Assembly (NCBI GenBank): GCA_017450695.1
Contig: JAFSTA010000254.1
Location: 272 to 64,271 of the forward strand
Source of the DNA: Kiritimatiellia bacterium
GTDB taxonomy: Bacteria; Verrucomicrobiota; Kiritimatiellia; RFP12; UBA1067
Length of the DNA stretch: 64,000 nt
Direction: 5' to 3'
In this document: positions 9,229 through 20,044 of the stretch, piece after piece
How positions within the stretch are numbered: the first letter of the stretch is position 1
How the letters are laid out: each line of letters begins with the position of its first letter
Position numbers and translations under genes: made by a program
Notes under the pieces: generated by a model
The model's database searches: none
Told to the model about the DNA's origin: nothing
Seen by the model: only the letters and a program-made list of their open reading frames with translations

Positions 9229-12144
9229 TCACAATGCCAGCGTGCTGCCACCGAACCTCACGGTCGGTTTCGGACCCGCATTCGGACCTGGGCGAAGATC
9301 GACCTTCACCGGTTTGCCGTCGCGCCACTCGCAATCGACTTCCCATCCACCGCGAGCGCAAAGGCCGCGGAAGGAACCGTGCTTCGCCCACGAAGACGGC
9401 AGCGCGGGGAGGAGGTCGATAATGAAATTCCCGTTCCCGTCCTTCTCGTGGCTCTGCAAGAGCAGTTCCGCGAAGGCCGCCGCGCCGGCGTAGTTCGCGT
9501 CGATGATGTGGACGCCGTGGGCAATCGACCAAAGCGTGTCCGCCGTTTTGACCTCCATGAGGTTGCCGAAGAGCCTCACCGCCGCATCGCCCTCGCCCGT
9601 GCGGGCGCGGCAGCATACGCGGTGGACGAGTGCCCATGCCTCCGTGACCTCGCCGCGCAAATCGAGCGTACGGCTCGCCGCCTTGAGCCACTCCGGCGTT
9701 GCGCGGTTGATGATCGCGCCGGGGTAGAGCCCCACAAGATGCGAGATGTGGCGGTGGTGCTTCTCCCGCACAAAATCGCCGTAAAAGCACTCTTCGCGAA
9801 ACTCCTTGATCTGCCCGCTTTCGCCCACCTGCACGGGATCGTACTTCGCAAGCTGCTCCTGGCAGCGGCGCACGACGGGGTCGTCCTCGCGCCCGAGCAG
9901 CTTCGCGAACCGCACGAACGCGGCGTTGTTGAGAAGGATCATCTGCTGGTCGAACGCGCAGCCGACGGTGTGATAGTAGCCGCCGCCGCGCTTCGTCTGC
10001 TCCGGCGAGGCGGAGAACGCGGAGAGGTAGAAGCCGTTCGTCTCGACGACGCAACGCGTGAGGAAGTCCGCCATGCCGCGCAGCACGGGCCAGCACTGCT
10101 TCTCCAGGACTTCGCGGTCCTGCGTGAAGTCGTACCAGTCGATGTAGAGCGCGGTGGTGAAGCCGCCCGTGCCGGGGCCGGAGTGCATCCCCGGAGTACA
10201 CGCGACCTGGTACGGCCAGGCCGCCGTGCCCACGCTCCAGAAGTCCTCCGTGACCGGTTCGTTCGCCCCGGCAGGGTTCACGCGGCGCAGGTACTTCTCC
10301 GCAAGGCGCCGGGTGACGGGGCGGAACGCCGCATTGAACGCGGCATACGCCTCCATGCACTCCGCCATGTTGCACGAGAACGCGCCCCAGTAGTCCATCT
10401 GCACGTTGATGTTGTGCCAGAAGCCGGACCCCCACACCGTTTCCAGTACCGGTCCTGCCCAGCAGCCCTGGAGCGAGCCGGGCAACGTGCCCGGACGCGA
10501 CGACGAGGCGAGCAGGAACTTGCCAAGCCGCCAGTAGAGAGCCTGGAGATAGACGCTGTTGCCGCCGAGCGCGCGAAGTTCGGGCGTGGCGAGCGCCATG
10601 TCCGCCGCGTCGAAGTCAACATCGATGGCGCTACGCCCCACGAGCGCGTGGAAGTCAGCGAGGTGGCGCTTCTTCAGTTCGTCGTAGCCGAGCGCGGATG
10701 CCGCCTCGATGCGGCGGTCGGCCTCGGCGGCGGGGTCGGGTCCGAAATACGGCGTCCGATCAAACTCCTTCCCCAAGTTGTACTGGTCCCAGTCCGCCTC
10801 GAACATCTCCGGCACGAAACGGTAGTTGGTGGCGAGCGTGTAGATGACCGTCGCCTCGGTGGCGCCCGCGACGGCGAGGGCACCGTCACCACGTTGTTCG
10901 ACCACGCCGTCGCACACGACCTTGAACCGCCCGGCGAGCCTCACGCCGTATGCGCCGCTCTTTGCGGAAAGGGCAATTTCGCCAGCCTGACATTCGAAAT
11001 CCGACATCCGATATCCAGTCTTTCGACCCTCGACTTTTCGACTTTCTACCATGCCCGTCCTGTCCATCGGCGGTTTCGCATCGAGGAACGGCACCTGGGC
11101 ACGGAGCGTGAACGAAAGCGCCCCCTTCTTCGACGCCGTGAAGCGCATCGCGCCGACTTTATCAGGATATGACGCGAACATTTCGCGCGTGTAGTCCACG
11201 CCGCCCGCCTTGTACTTCACCGACACGAGCGCGTCCTCGAGGTCCATCTCGCGCAGATACTCCGTAGCGTCCTTGTGCCCGAACTCCGCGAACAGATCGG
11301 CGGCGTCCGTCAGATTGCCCTGCCGGTGTCCGCGTTTATGGACCTGCTGCGTGTGGAACGTCGGCTCGGTGAGCTGCAGGCTCTCCACATCGATACCGCC
11401 GAACTCGGACGCGCCGAAGTAGCCGTTCCCGAACGAGAGCGACCGCCTCTGCCAGCCGCACTTGCTCCACTCCGCCGGCTCCGCGAAGCGGATCTTCCAC
11501 GTGGCGTCAGGATGCGGCGCCTTGTTCTCCGTGCGCTTCACGCTCTGCCACTTCGGCACGAATCCGTTGCCAGACGGAACCTTGCGCGTATCGCCGTCAA
11601 TGGACATCGTCACCTCGTCGGATGCGGAGACGTTGATTTCCACGACGGTCTCGCGTCCTGACTGAATCGGCACGGGATGGCTCCACGAGCAGATATCGTT
11701 CCCGATCACGGCGCGGAACTTCCCCTGATAGACGTCCACGAGGAACCCGTCGCCCCTCCCCGGCGTCACGTTGTCGAGAAGCCGCTGGCTCTTCGCGGCG
11801 TCCTTCGTGACGAACCGGCATTTGAAGCGCATTCCCTTCGCCGCGTCTTCCGCCGACGGAAACGGCGCGACCGTGTCGCAAGCCTTCGCGGGACCGGCGT
11901 GGTACGTCTTGCCGCCGAAGGAAAGTTCGATCTCCGTGAACTCGCCGACGAAGCGGTTATGCCCCTTTGAGTCCACGCCGAAGGACATCGGGAGTTTCGG
12001 GTTTACCGGCGCACCGCCGAACGCGGCGACAGCCGCAAGTGCTGTCACCACGCATACGATGGTCGCGCCAAGTCCGGTCCTCCCGATTACAGACGAACAG
12101 AAACTCGTTCCTCCCATTGCTTTCAGAAATGCGATCTTCTTCAT
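9229..12144 (-). CDS. Glycoside hydrolase family 95 (alpha-L-fucosidase) with an N-terminal extra domain
   Basis: 971 aa. GH95 hallmarks [11 protein letters not shown] and [17 protein letters not shown]-terminal signal or lipoprotein-like leader. Confidence 0.8.
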   Translation of the reverse strand: MKKIAFLKAMGGTSFCSSVIGRTGLGATIVCVVTALAAVAAFGGAPVNPKLPMSFGVDSKGHNRFVGEFTEIELSFGGKTYHAGPAKACDTVAPFPSAEDAAKGMRFKCRFVTKDAAKSQRLLDNVTPGRGDGFLVDVYQGKFRAVIGNDICSWSHPVPIQSGRETVVEINVSASDEVTMSIDGDTRKVPSGNGFVPKWQSVKRTENKAPHPDATWKIRFAEPAEWSKCGWQRRSLSFGNGYFGASEFGGIDVESLQLTEPTFHTQQVHKRGHRQGNLTDAADLFAEFGHKDATEYLREMDLEDALVSVKYKAGGVDYTREMFASYPDKVGAMRFTASKKGALSFTLRAQVPFLDAKPPMDRTGMVESRKVEGRKTGYRMSDFECQAGEIALSAKSGAYGVRLAGRFKVVCDGVVEQRGDGALAVAGATEATVIYTLATNYRFVPEMFEADWDQYNLGKEFDRTPYFGPDPAAEADRRIEAASALGYDELKKRHLADFHALVGRSAIDVDFDAADMALATPELRALGGNSVYLQALYWRLGKFLLASSSRPGTLPGSLQGCWAGPVLETVWGSGFWHNINVQMDYWGAFSCNMAECMEAYAAFNAAFRPVTRRLAEKYLRRVNPAGANEPVTEDFWSVGTAAWPYQVACTPGMHSGPGTGGFTTALYIDWYDFTQDREVLEKQCWPVLRGMADFLTRCVVETNGFYLSAFSASPEQTKRGGGYYHTVGCAFDQQMILLNNAAFVRFAKLLGREDDPVVRRCQEQLAKYDPVQVGESGQIKEFREECFYGDFVREKHHRHISHLVGLYPGAIINRATPEWLKAASRTLDLRGEVTEAWALVHRVCCRARTGEGDAAVRLFGNLMEVKTADTLWSIAHGVHIIDANYAGAAAFAELLLQSHEKDGNGNFIIDLLPALPSSWAKHGSFRGLCARGGWEVDCEWRDGKPVKVDLRPGPNAGPKPTVRFGGSTLAL

Positions 12145-12232
12145 ATCCCAAAGTCCCTTCTTTCACTTTCCGATCATACAGTCGAGACCTGTCCCGTGTC
12201 CCTTCTTCTCAGCTTTCGGTTATTCGATTTCT

Positions 12233-12398
12233 CTGTTGGACACTTTGAAATGAAGCATGGCGGTTTGGAATTTTCAGACTTTCATCATTTGGGTGAATCC
12301 GTTTTCTGTCGTAATGTGTGAGCGAGGGATCGAAAAGCCATGTTTTCGGCACTTTCTCTGCGTGCTCTGCGACTCTGCGTGAGAACCCAAACGAGGAA
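12233..12398 (+). repeat. Dispersed ~170-bp modular repeat family D, copy 1 (CTGTTGGACAMTTTGAAA...TTTGGGTGAATCCGTTTTCTGTCGTAA...TTCTCTGCGT...GCGACTCTGCG...AACCCAAACGAGG)
   Basis: Inverted copy at 51244-51470 with an extra ~80-bp CACGGA-rich insert. Partial copy at 30972-31017. Confidence 0.85.
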
Positions 12399-12413
12399 TC
12401 TAGGCTGAAACGA

Positions 12414-12441
12414 AAAACGGGCGGGGAAGAATCCCCGCCCG
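12414..12441 (-). terminator. Rho-independent terminator of the S10-spc-secY operon
   Basis: Minus-strand transcript CGGGCGGGGAUUCUUCCCCGCCCG followed by UUUUU, about 20 nt downstream of the secY stop. Confidence 0.85.
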
Positions 12442-12460
12442 CAAAGGCAGACCGTGCGGA

Positions 12461-13864
12461 TTAGATACCGCGGCGGCTGCGGATGCGACCGTGACGGAGG
12501 AAGCCGTCGTAGTTGCGCATGAGCAGGTGCGATTCCATCTGGCGGAGCGTATCGAGGGCGACGCCCACGATAATCAGCAACGAAGTGCCGCCGAAGAAGG
12601 AAGCCATTTCCCACGGGACCTGCAGCCAGCCGCGCAGAATCTGCGGCAGCAAGGCGATGATCAACAGGCCGATCGAGCCGATCAGCGTGACGCGCGTCAT
12701 CAGCGCATCCAGATACTCTGCCGTCTGCATGCCCGGACGGATGCCCGGCACGTAGGAGCTGTCCCTCCGCAGGTTCTCGGAGATGCGCATCGCGTTGAAC
12801 TGCGTGGCAACCCAGAAGAACGAGAAGAAGAGGATCAGCAGGGCGTAGAGCAGGAGGTGTGTGGCGCTGGTCATGTTCATCAGCTGCTGGCCGAACGACT
12901 TCAGCCAGGCGAGCCATTTGATGTTCTCCGGAATACGGGAGAGGATGGCACCGCCGAACTGGATGATCGGCTGCGCGAAGATGATCGGCATGACGCCCGT
13001 GTAGTTGACGCGGAGCGGCATAAACGTCTGCTGCATCCCGTAGGCGTTTCCACCCATGCCGGCCGAACGACGGGTCGAATGGATCGGCACCTTGCGGACG
13101 CCCTCCGTCAGCATCACGGTTCCCATGATGATCAGGAATCCCATGAAGAGGAGGATGACCAGCTCGACGGGGCTGCGAGAGATCTCGCTGTTCCCGAAGT
13201 AACGCTGCCAGGCCTCCACGCACGCGGCGGGGAGACGGGAGGTGATGTTGATCATGATGATCAGCGAGGTCCCGTTGCCCAGACCGAACGTGGTGATCTG
13301 ATCGGCCAGCCACATCACGAAGAGCGAGGCGGCGGTCATGCAGATCACGGTCATGACATTGAAGCCGATGTTGAGGTGAGCGGGATCCGTTCCCGGCACG
13401 ATCGTGGCGGAGATACCGAACAGCGTCTCAGGCCGCTGGAGCGCCGTCGCGATCGCCCAGCCCTGGAAGATGCAGATGGCGATCGTCAGGTAGCGCGTGT
13501 ACTGCGCCAGTTTCAGACGACCGGTCTCGCCTTCTCGGGAGGCCCGTTCGAGCGTCGGGATCACGGCAGTGAGCAGCTGGATGATAATCTGCGCACTGAT
13601 GTAAGGCCAGATGCTCAGGAAGCCGACGGCGCAATGATTCAAAGCGCCGCCGCTGAACACGTTCAACCAGTCCATCAGCCCGCCGCCCACGCCGGCAGCC
13701 TTTCTGGCTCCCTCCAGCGTGGCCTGCAATGTCTGCCAGTCAACTCCGGGAGTGGGGATCAGGGAGATCAGTCGGCAGATAAAGACCAGACCGAACGTGA
13801 TCAGGATCCGTTTCCTCAGCTCCGGGATCTTGAAGGTATTTGCAAAGGTGGTGAGCATTGGCAT
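12461..13864 (-). CDS. secY: Preprotein translocase subunit SecY
   Basis: 467 aa, ten-TM SecY. Last gene after rplO. Confidence 0.95.
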   Translation of the reverse strand: MPMLTTFANTFKIPELRKRILITFGLVFICRLISLIPTPGVDWQTLQATLEGARKAAGVGGGLMDWLNVFSGGALNHCAVGFLSIWPYISAQIIIQLLTAVIPTLERASREGETGRLKLAQYTRYLTIAICIFQGWAIATALQRPETLFGISATIVPGTDPAHLNIGFNVMTVICMTAASLFVMWLADQITTFGLGNGTSLIIMINITSRLPAACVEAWQRYFGNSEISRSPVELVILLFMGFLIIMGTVMLTEGVRKVPIHSTRRSAGMGGNAYGMQQTFMPLRVNYTGVMPIIFAQPIIQFGGAILSRIPENIKWLAWLKSFGQQLMNMTSATHLLLYALLILFFSFFWVATQFNAMRISENLRRDSSYVPGIRPGMQTAEYLDALMTRVTLIGSIGLLIIALLPQILRGWLQVPWEMASFFGGTSLLIIVGVALDTLRQMESHLLMRNYDGFLRHGRIRSRRGI

Positions 13865-13877
13865 GGCGAGTCACCCT

Positions 13878-14324
13878 CTAACGTTTTACGAGTTCGACCG
13901 TACCGCCCGCCGCCTCGATCTTTTTCTTGGCGGTTTCAGAGACGGCGTTGACCTTAATCGTCAGTTTCTTGGTCAGCTCGCCCATGCCGAGAATCTTCAC
14001 GCCGTCGTACTTGTGGGCGAAGAGTCCGACCTGGTGCAGAAGCTCCAGATCCACCACCGTTCCGTCCTCAAAGCGGTTCAGGCGCTCCACGTTCAACGCG
14101 AAATAGACGACGCGGCTGGGGTTCTTGAAGCCACGCTTGGGGAGACGACGGATCAGAGGCATCTGACCGCCTTCGAATCCCAGCTTGTGCTTGTGGCCCT
14201 TGCGAGACATCTGGCCCTTTTGGCCGGCTGTCGCGGTCTTGCCCATGCCGGAACCGCCACCGCGGCCGACGCGCCGGTACGCCTTCCGGGCACCGGGGGT
14301 ATTTTTCAAAGAAGAGAGATCCAT
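13878..14324 (-). CDS. rplO: 50S ribosomal protein L15
   Basis: Glycine/arginine-rich N-terminus (RRVGRGGGSGMGKT). Confidence 0.9.
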   Translation of the reverse strand: MDLSSLKNTPGARKAYRRVGRGGGSGMGKTATAGQKGQMSRKGHKHKLGFEGGQMPLIRRLPKRGFKNPSRVVYFALNVERLNRFEDGTVVDLELLHQVGLFAHKYDGVKILGMGELTKKLTIKVNAVSETAKKKIEAAGGTVELVKR

Positions 14325-14399
14325 GATAAACTCCTTGTTTAGCCTCTCGGCAGCCGCGGCCGGAAAACCGGCGCGGCCGCAGGAGGCGGATAACAGTAC

Positions 14400-14897
14400 C
14401 TAGGCGCGGATCGCGGCGATCTCCTCGGCCGAGCGGAGCTGGCTGAGGGCGTCGATCGTTGCCTTGACCACGTTCAGGCGGTTCTTGCTGCCCATGGACT
14501 TGCCGACGGCGTCACGGACGCCGGCGCATTCCAGGATCGGGCGCATGCCGCCCCCGACGATCAGTCCGGTGCCGTCCGGTGCCGGCTTCAGCAGCACGCG
14601 GCCGCCGTCGCAGACGCCGAAGACCTGGTGCGGAATCGTCTTGCCGTTGGTCTTCACGTGGAAGAGGTTCTTCTTGGCGGCCTCGCCACCCTTGCGGATG
14701 GCGTCCGCGACCTCGTTCGCCTTGCCGAAGCCGAAACCGACGCGGCCCTGATGGTCACCCACGACGACGACCGCAGAGAAGCTCATGCGGCGGCCGCCCT
14801 TGACGACCTTGGCGCAACGGTTCACGAACACGACGCGCTCATCGAACTCATCCTGACCATCTCTTTCGCGGTCATTACGAAACTTGGGGTCAGCCAT
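14400..14897 (-). CDS. rpsE: 30S ribosomal protein S5
   Basis: S5 dsRBD and C-terminal domain. No L30 gene lies between rpsE and rplO. Confidence 0.9.
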   Translation of the reverse strand: MADPKFRNDRERDGQDEFDERVVFVNRCAKVVKGGRRMSFSAVVVVGDHQGRVGFGFGKANEVADAIRKGGEAAKKNLFHVKTNGKTIPHQVFGVCDGGRVLLKPAPDGTGLIVGGGMRPILECAGVRDAVGKSMGSKNRLNVVKATIDALSQLRSAEEIAAIRA

Positions 14898-15325
14898 TAC
14901 TTCTTCTCCTTAGCTTTTTTGTCCGCGGGTTTCTTTTCCGCCTCGGCCTTGGGGGCCTTCGGGGGTTTCGGCGGCTTCTCCGAGATCTTCAGTCCCGCCT
15001 CGACGGCGGAATCGACGATCTCCTTGACACGGCCGTGGAACTTGAACCCGCCGCGATCCACCACCACGAGCGAGATGTTCGCGGCTTTGGCCGCCTCGGC
15101 GGCGCGCTGCCCGATCACCTTCGCCTCGGCGAGGTTGGCGGAGGCTTCGTCCTTGAGGGACGAGGCGGAGGCGAGCGTCTTCATCGCGACGTCATCGATG
15201 AACTGCACGTACATGTGCTTGTTCGAGATGAAGATCGCCATGCGGGGACGCTCCGCCGTACCCTTCACTTTCTGGCGAATGCGCAGGTGACGGATTTGAC
15301 GTTGTGCTTTGCGATTGAAACTCAT
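14897..15325 (-). CDS. rplR: 50S ribosomal protein L18 with a Lys/Pro/Ala-rich C-terminal tail
   Basis: L18 core ends at GLKI and is followed by [28 protein letters not shown]. Confidence 0.9.
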   Translation of the reverse strand: MSFNRKAQRQIRHLRIRQKVKGTAERPRMAIFISNKHMYVQFIDDVAMKTLASASSLKDEASANLAEAKVIGQRAAEAAKAANISLVVVDRGGFKFHGRVKEIVDSAVEAGLKISEKPPKPPKAPKAEAEKKPADKKAKEKK

Positions 15326-15348
15326 ACTCTTTCAACTCCGTTTAGGCG

Positions 15349-15879
15349 TTACGCCACTTTCTTTCCGACCTTGCGGCGAATCTTCTCACCGGCGTACTTG
15401 ATCCCCTTGCCCTTGTAAGGCTCGGCGGGATAGTAGGCGCGGATGCGAGCCGCCGCCTCCCCGACGAGGGCCTTGTCGATGCCATCGACGGAGATGTTGA
15501 CATCCTTATCGACCGCGATCTTCACGCCGTCGGGAATCTTGTATTCCTTGGGCGAGGCGAACCCGAGCGTCAGGACCAGGACCTTCCCGTTCACGGCGGC
15601 CTTGAAGCCCGTGCCGGAGATCTCCAGTCCCTTGTGGTAGCCCTGGGAGACGCCGATCACCATGTTCTGGATCACGGCGCGGGCGGTCCCGTGGAAGCTC
15701 TTGAGGGAATCGTCCGCGCGGGTGACGACCACCTGGCCGTCCTTCACCTCGACGGTGATGCCCGCGTGCGGGGCGAAAGTCAGTTCGCCGAGCTTACCCT
15801 TGACGTGTACGCCGCCGTCCTGGACGGACACCGTGACGCCGGCGGGGATTGCGATTGGCTGTTTACCGATACGTGACAT
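15349..15879 (-). CDS. rplF: 50S ribosomal protein L6
   Basis: Conserved L6 sequence in operon order. Confidence 0.9.
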   Translation of the reverse strand: MSRIGKQPIAIPAGVTVSVQDGGVHVKGKLGELTFAPHAGITVEVKDGQVVVTRADDSLKSFHGTARAVIQNMVIGVSQGYHKGLEISGTGFKAAVNGKVLVLTLGFASPKEYKIPDGVKIAVDKDVNISVDGIDKALVGEAAARIRAYYPAEPYKGKGIKYAGEKIRRKVGKKVA

Positions 15880-15889
15880 GAGATCCCCC

Positions 15890-16279
15890 TTACCAAATCG
15901 TGCAGAGGAGTTCCCCGCCGACCTTCAGCTGGCGGGCCTCTTTTCCGCTCATGACGCCCCGGGAGGTGGACAGGATGGCGGTGCCAAGCCCGTCCAGCAC
16001 CTCGGGAATATCCTCAACACCGCAGTACTTGCGGAGGCCGGGACGGCTCTCGCGGGTCAGCCCGCAGATCGCCGATTCGGCACGGTCGTTATACTTCAGC
16101 TCGATCGACAGCACACGCGGCACGTCGTCGGTCATCGTGAAGTCCGTGATGTAGCCCTCGGCCTTCATCACGCGGGCGATCTCGCCCTTGATCTTCGAGC
16201 CGGGAAGCTCGATCACGGCATGCCCGGCCTTGATCCCGTTGCGGATCCGCACCAACATATCAGAAATCGGATCGGTCAT
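15890..16279 (-). CDS. rpsH: 30S ribosomal protein S8
   Basis: Conserved S8 sequence in operon order. Confidence 0.9.
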   Translation of the reverse strand: MTDPISDMLVRIRNGIKAGHAVIELPGSKIKGEIARVMKAEGYITDFTMTDDVPRVLSIELKYNDRAESAICGLTRESRPGLRKYCGVEDIPEVLDGLGTAILSTSRGVMSGKEARQLKVGGELLCTIW

Positions 16280-16288
16280 GACATCCTC

Positions 16289-16474
16289 CTACCAGCTTGC
16301 CTTTGTGACACCCGGAATCATGCCGTTCACGGCAAGCTCGCGGAAGCAGATACGGCAGAGTTGGAACTTGCCCATGTACCCGCGGCGGCGGCCGCAACGC
16401 TGACAACGGTGATACCTGCGCGAGGAGAACTTCGGCTCGCGCTTCGCTTTTACCATTAGACTTAACTTAGCCAT
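16289..16474 (-). CDS. rpsN: 30S ribosomal protein S14 type Z (zinc-binding, 61 aa)
   Basis: Contains [10 protein letters not shown]...CRICFRE, i.e. the CxxC...CxxC zinc motif. Confidence 0.9.
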   Translation of the reverse strand: MAKLSLMVKAKREPKFSSRRYHRCQRCGRRRGYMGKFQLCRICFRELAVNGMIPGVTKASW

Positions 16475-16487
16475 TCAAGTCGTCTCC

Positions 16488-17048
16488 TTATTGCGCTTTC
16501 TGTGCGTTCCGGCCCGCGAAGGGCATGCCCATCACCGTGAGCAGCGCACGCGCGCCCTTGTCGTCCGTCGCGGTCGTCACGAACGTGATGTCCAGTCCGA
16601 CATCCAGCTCGCCGGTGACGCCGGTATCGATCATTTCCGGGAAGATCGAGTGCTCCTTCAGCCCGAGCGTGTAGTTGCCGCGCCCGTCGAACCCGCGGTT
16701 CGGGACTCCGTGGAAGTCACGGATACGGGCGAGCGTGCTCTGGGTCAGTCGCTCGAAGAACTCGTACATGCGGTCGCGGCGCAGCGTTACCTTCGCGCCG
16801 ATCACCATGCCCTGGCGCAGCTTGAAGTTCGCGATGCTTTTCCGCGCCTTGCAGAGGACGGGCCGCTGGCCCGTGATCTTGGCGAGGTCCTCGACGATCT
16901 GCTTCTGCACGTCCTTCTCGACAATACCGAAGCCCATGTTGAGGACGATCTTCTCCAAGCGGGGGACCAGCATCTTGTTCTGGATCCCGAGCTGCTGCTG
17001 CAGCGCGGGGACGAACTCGGTCACGTACTTTTCCTTTAGGTTTGCCAT
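16488..17048 (-). CDS. rplE: 50S ribosomal protein L5
   Basis: Conserved L5. Confidence 0.9.
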   Translation of the reverse strand: MANLKEKYVTEFVPALQQQLGIQNKMLVPRLEKIVLNMGFGIVEKDVQKQIVEDLAKITGQRPVLCKARKSIANFKLRQGMVIGAKVTLRRDRMYEFFERLTQSTLARIRDFHGVPNRGFDGRGNYTLGLKEHSIFPEMIDTGVTGELDVGLDITFVTTATDDKGARALLTVMGMPFAGRNAQKAQ

Positions 17049-17054
17049 GGTCTC

Positions 17055-17390
17055 TTACTCCCCTGCCTTCGGTGTCGGGATCGTGTTTCCGGTCGCCTTG
17101 GACTTGCGGACCCACTTGTCGCCTTCCTTGACGCGCTTGATGCGGACGCCCTTCTTGGCGACGGGGTCGTACGGCATCAGCTTGCACAGATGCATGGGCG
17201 CCTCCTTCTCGACGAACCCTCCGTTCGGGTTCTGGTTCGAGCGGCGGATCGCCTTCTTGATCATGTTCAGGCCTTCCACGACCGCCAAGCCCTTGCGGGG
17301 CATGACGCGCAGAACCTTGCCCGTCTTACCGGCGGACTCGCCGGAGATGGCGATGACGATATCGCCTTTCCTGATTCTCGCGATACTCAT
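17055..17390 (-). CDS. rplX: 50S ribosomal protein L24
   Basis: KOW motif IRKGDIVIAISG. Confidence 0.9.
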   Translation of the reverse strand: MSIARIRKGDIVIAISGESAGKTGKVLRVMPRKGLAVVEGLNMIKKAIRRSNQNPNGGFVEKEAPMHLCKLMPYDPVAKKGVRIKRVKEGDKWVRKSKATGNTIPTPKAGE

Positions 17391-17758
17391 TAGACCACCT
17401 CCGGTGCGAGCGAAATGATTTTCATCCCGTAGTCGAAGTCGCGCAACTCGCGCGCCACGGGCCCGAAGATACGGGAGCCGACGGGAGACTGCTTGCTATC
17501 GACGATAATGCACGCATTGTCGTCGAACGACAGGAACGAGCCGTCCGTACGGGCGATCGGATACGCCGTGCGCACGATGATCGCCGTGCAGACCTGGCTC
17601 TTCTTCACCAGCCCGGTCGGGGCCGCTTCCTTGATGGCCACGCGGATGATGTCGCCGATGCCCGCCGACTTCTTCCGCTGGCCGATGATCCGGATGCACG
17701 CGGCGCTCTTCGCGCCCGTGTTGTCCGCGACCACCAAACGTGAACCTTCCTGAATCAT
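17390..17758 (-). CDS. rplN: 50S ribosomal protein L14
   Basis: MIQEGSRLVVADNTGAK. Confidence 0.95.
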   Translation of the reverse strand: MIQEGSRLVVADNTGAKSAACIRIIGQRKKSAGIGDIIRVAIKEAAPTGLVKKSQVCTAIIVRTAYPIARTDGSFLSFDDNACIIVDSKQSPVGSRIFGPVARELRDFDYGMKIISLAPEVV

Positions 17759-17760
17759 GG

Positions 17761-18093
17761 TTACTTCTCCTTCGCGACGATGCGCCAGCGCTTGGTGGCG
17801 CTCAGCGGACGGGTCTCCATGATCGTGACTTCGTCACCCACCTTGGCGGTGTCCGCCTCGTCATGCACGTGGAACTTCTTGAACCGGCGGATCACCTTCC
17901 CGTACACGGGGTGGCGCTCGAGCCATTCGGTTTTGACAACGACGGACTTGATGCCCATCTTGCTGACGACCACCCCTTTGCGAACCTTACGCGTGCCGCG
18001 GGCCTTCTTGGGGGCTGCGGCAGCGGTAACGGGCTTCGCCTCGGCGGCGGTTTCCGCCACAACGGCGGCTGCTGTTTCGGTTGTTTCAGACAT
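17761..18093 (-). CDS. rpsQ: 30S ribosomal protein S17 with an Ala/Thr-rich N-terminal extension
   Basis: S17 core RKVRKGVVVS... is preceded by about 38 aa of A/T/E-rich sequence. Confidence 0.85.
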   Translation of the reverse strand: MSETTETAAAVVAETAAEAKPVTAAAAPKKARGTRKVRKGVVVSKMGIKSVVVKTEWLERHPVYGKVIRRFKKFHVHDEADTAKVGDEVTIMETRPLSATKRWRIVAKEK

Positions 18094-18095
18094 AA

Positions 18096-18296
18096 CTACT
18101 TCTTCGCCTTCCGCTCGGTCTGAATCGTCTTCATCCGGGCAATGTCATGGCGCATTTCGCGCATCCTCTCGGGTTTCTCCAGACCCACGCCCGACGAATT
18201 GTGCTTGATCCTCATCGTCGTGAGTTCCTTGACGGTCTCCGCCAGCTTGACGGCCAGCTCCTCGTCGCTCAGCTCTCTCAGTTCTTTCGCTTTCAT
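18096..18296 (-). CDS. rpmC: 50S ribosomal protein L29
   Basis: 66 aa, MKAKELRELSDEEL. Confidence 0.9.
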   Translation of the reverse strand: MKAKELRELSDEELAVKLAETVKELTTMRIKHNSSGVGLEKPERMREMRHDIARMKTIQTERKAKK

Positions 18297-18299
18297 CGA

Positions 18300-18722
18300 C
18301 TAGACCCCCGCTACGGTACGTGTGACAAACTGGGTCTGGATGCCCAGCTTGGTATCCGCCAGACGCAGGCACTCGCGCGCCACGCTGTCCGGCACCCCGC
18401 CGACCTCGAACAGAATCCGTCCGGGAAGGACCACGGCCACCCAGAACTCGGGGTTGCCCTTGCCTCCGCCCATACGGACTTCGATCGGCTTTTTCGTGAC
18501 AGGCTTGTCCGGGAAAATCCGGATCCAGAGCTTGCCCTTGCGTTTCATCTCACGGTTGATCGCCACGCGGCAGGCCTCGAGCTGCGTGCTGGTCACCCAG
18601 CCGCGCGTCCGGGCCTTCAGGCCGTACTCGCCGAACGCGAGACGGTCGCCGGAGGTCGCGTAACCGGAACGGTTTCCCTTGAACTGTTTGCGGTGTTTAA
18701 CCCGCTTAGGCATCATGGGCAT
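18300..18722 (-). CDS. rplP: 50S ribosomal protein L16
   Basis: [11 protein letters not shown]. Confidence 0.95.
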   Translation of the reverse strand: MPMMPKRVKHRKQFKGNRSGYATSGDRLAFGEYGLKARTRGWVTSTQLEACRVAINREMKRKGKLWIRIFPDKPVTKKPIEVRMGGGKGNPEFWVAVVLPGRILFEVGGVPDSVARECLRLADTKLGIQTQFVTRTVAGV

Positions 18723-19386
18723 AATTCTTCCTCCTTCCCTGGCCGCCCTGGCGGATCGGCTGGAAATCAGGCTTCTTGCAGATCCACACCTTGATGCCGA
18801 TCAGGCCGGCCGTGGTGTGCGCTTCCGCGAAGCCGTAGTCGATGTTGGCGCGAATGGTGTGCAGCGGGACGGACCCCTGCATGCTCCACTCGGCGCGCGA
18901 GATTTCGGCGCCGTTGATACGGCCGCCCGCACGGATCTTGATCCCGTCCACGCCCATGTCCATCGCCACCTTCTCGGCGCGCTTCATCGCCCGCTTGAGG
19001 GCGACGCGGCGCTCGATCTGCTGCGCGATGTTCTCCGCCACCAGCTGCGCGTCGGCATCCGGGTCGCGGACTTCGTGGATTTCGAGGTAGATCTCCTTGC
19101 CGGTCTTCTTCGCCAGCTCGGCGCGGATCTTCTCCACATCCTGCCCCTTGCGCCCGATCACGATGCCCGGGCGGGCGGTGTAGAGGTTCACGCGGACGCG
19201 GTTGGCGTACCGCTCGATGACGATCTTGGTGATCGCCGCCTCCTTCAGGCGTTTCTTAACGAGATCGCGGATTTCCTGGTCTTCGTTCAACAGCGTGCCG
19301 AAGTCCTTTTTCTTGGCGAACCAGCGGCTGCGCCACTGCTTGTCCACGCCAATGCGGAAACCGATCGGATTTACTTTTTGTCCCAC
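18706..19386 (-). CDS. rpsC: 30S ribosomal protein S3
   Basis: [13 protein letters not shown] with KH domain. Confidence 0.95.
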   Translation of the reverse strand: MGQKVNPIGFRIGVDKQWRSRWFAKKKDFGTLLNEDQEIRDLVKKRLKEAAITKIVIERYANRVRVNLYTARPGIVIGRKGQDVEKIRAELAKKTGKEIYLEIHEVRDPDADAQLVAENIAQQIERRVALKRAMKRAEKVAMDMGVDGIKIRAGGRINGAEISRAEWSMQGSVPLHTIRANIDYGFAEAHTTAGLIGIKVWICKKPDFQPIRQGGQGRRKNYAHDA

Positions 19387-19396
19387 AGTCTTCTCC

Positions 19397-19747
19397 TTAC
19401 GCTTTCGCTTTCAGACCGGCATCGGTCAACACGATCTTGCAATGGCAGAGGCGCCGGGCGATCGGCCGCGCGCTTCCGCGCGCCGCGGCCCAGTAACGGC
19501 GCATGCGCTTGCTCTCGTCGAAAACGGCCAGCTTCACCAGCATCGTCTCCGGTTCGAGGTTGTTGTTGTTCTTGGCGTTCGCCATCGCGCTCTTCAGCGT
19601 CTTCAGCATCACCACAGCGCCCTTGCTGGGGTGGAACATCAAGACGTTCAGCGCGGCGGGGACGGTCTTGCCCTGGACCTCGCGGGCCAGCGCGCGCCCC
19701 TTGAAGGCGGACATCCGGAAATTACGGGTAATCGCAGTTACTTCCAT
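19397..19747 (-). CDS. rplV: 50S ribosomal protein L22
   Basis: Conserved L22. Confidence 0.9.
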   Translation of the reverse strand: MEVTAITRNFRMSAFKGRALAREVQGKTVPAALNVLMFHPSKGAVVMLKTLKSAMANAKNNNNLEPETMLVKLAVFDESKRMRRYWAAARGSARPIARRLCHCKIVLTDAGLKAKA

Positions 19748-19759
19748 CTCGCTTCACTC

Positions 19760-20041
19760 CTACTTGACCGCCTTGTCGGTGTGCGCCCCGTGAGACTTGA
19801 ACGTGCGCGTCGGGGCGAACTCGCCCAGACGGTGCCCGACCATGTTCTCGGTGATGAAAATCGGCATGTGCTGCCGCCCGTTGTGGATCGCGAACGTGAG
19901 CCCGACAAAATCCGGGAGGATCATCGAGCGGCGCGACCAGGTCTTGATGGGCTGCTTCCTGTTGTTGCTCTCCAAAACCTTCTGCACCTTGTCAAGCAGG
20001 CTCTGCTCGACGTAAGGCCCTTTTTTCAATGAACGTGACAT
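19760..20041 (-). CDS. rpsS: 30S ribosomal protein S19
   Basis: [11 protein letters not shown]. Confidence 0.95.
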   Translation of the reverse strand: MSRSLKKGPYVEQSLLDKVQKVLESNNRKQPIKTWSRRSMILPDFVGLTFAIHNGRQHMPIFITENMVGHRLGEFAPTRTFKSHGAHTDKAVK

Positions 20042-20044
20042 ACG

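Noticed and set aside
8995-11172. 725-aa plus-strand ORF and 9176-10435 minus-strand ORF
   Set aside because: Both overlap the GH95 gene in other frames. High-GC artefacts.
12491-13951. 486-aa plus-strand ORF
   Set aside because: Antisense to secY. Composition-driven.
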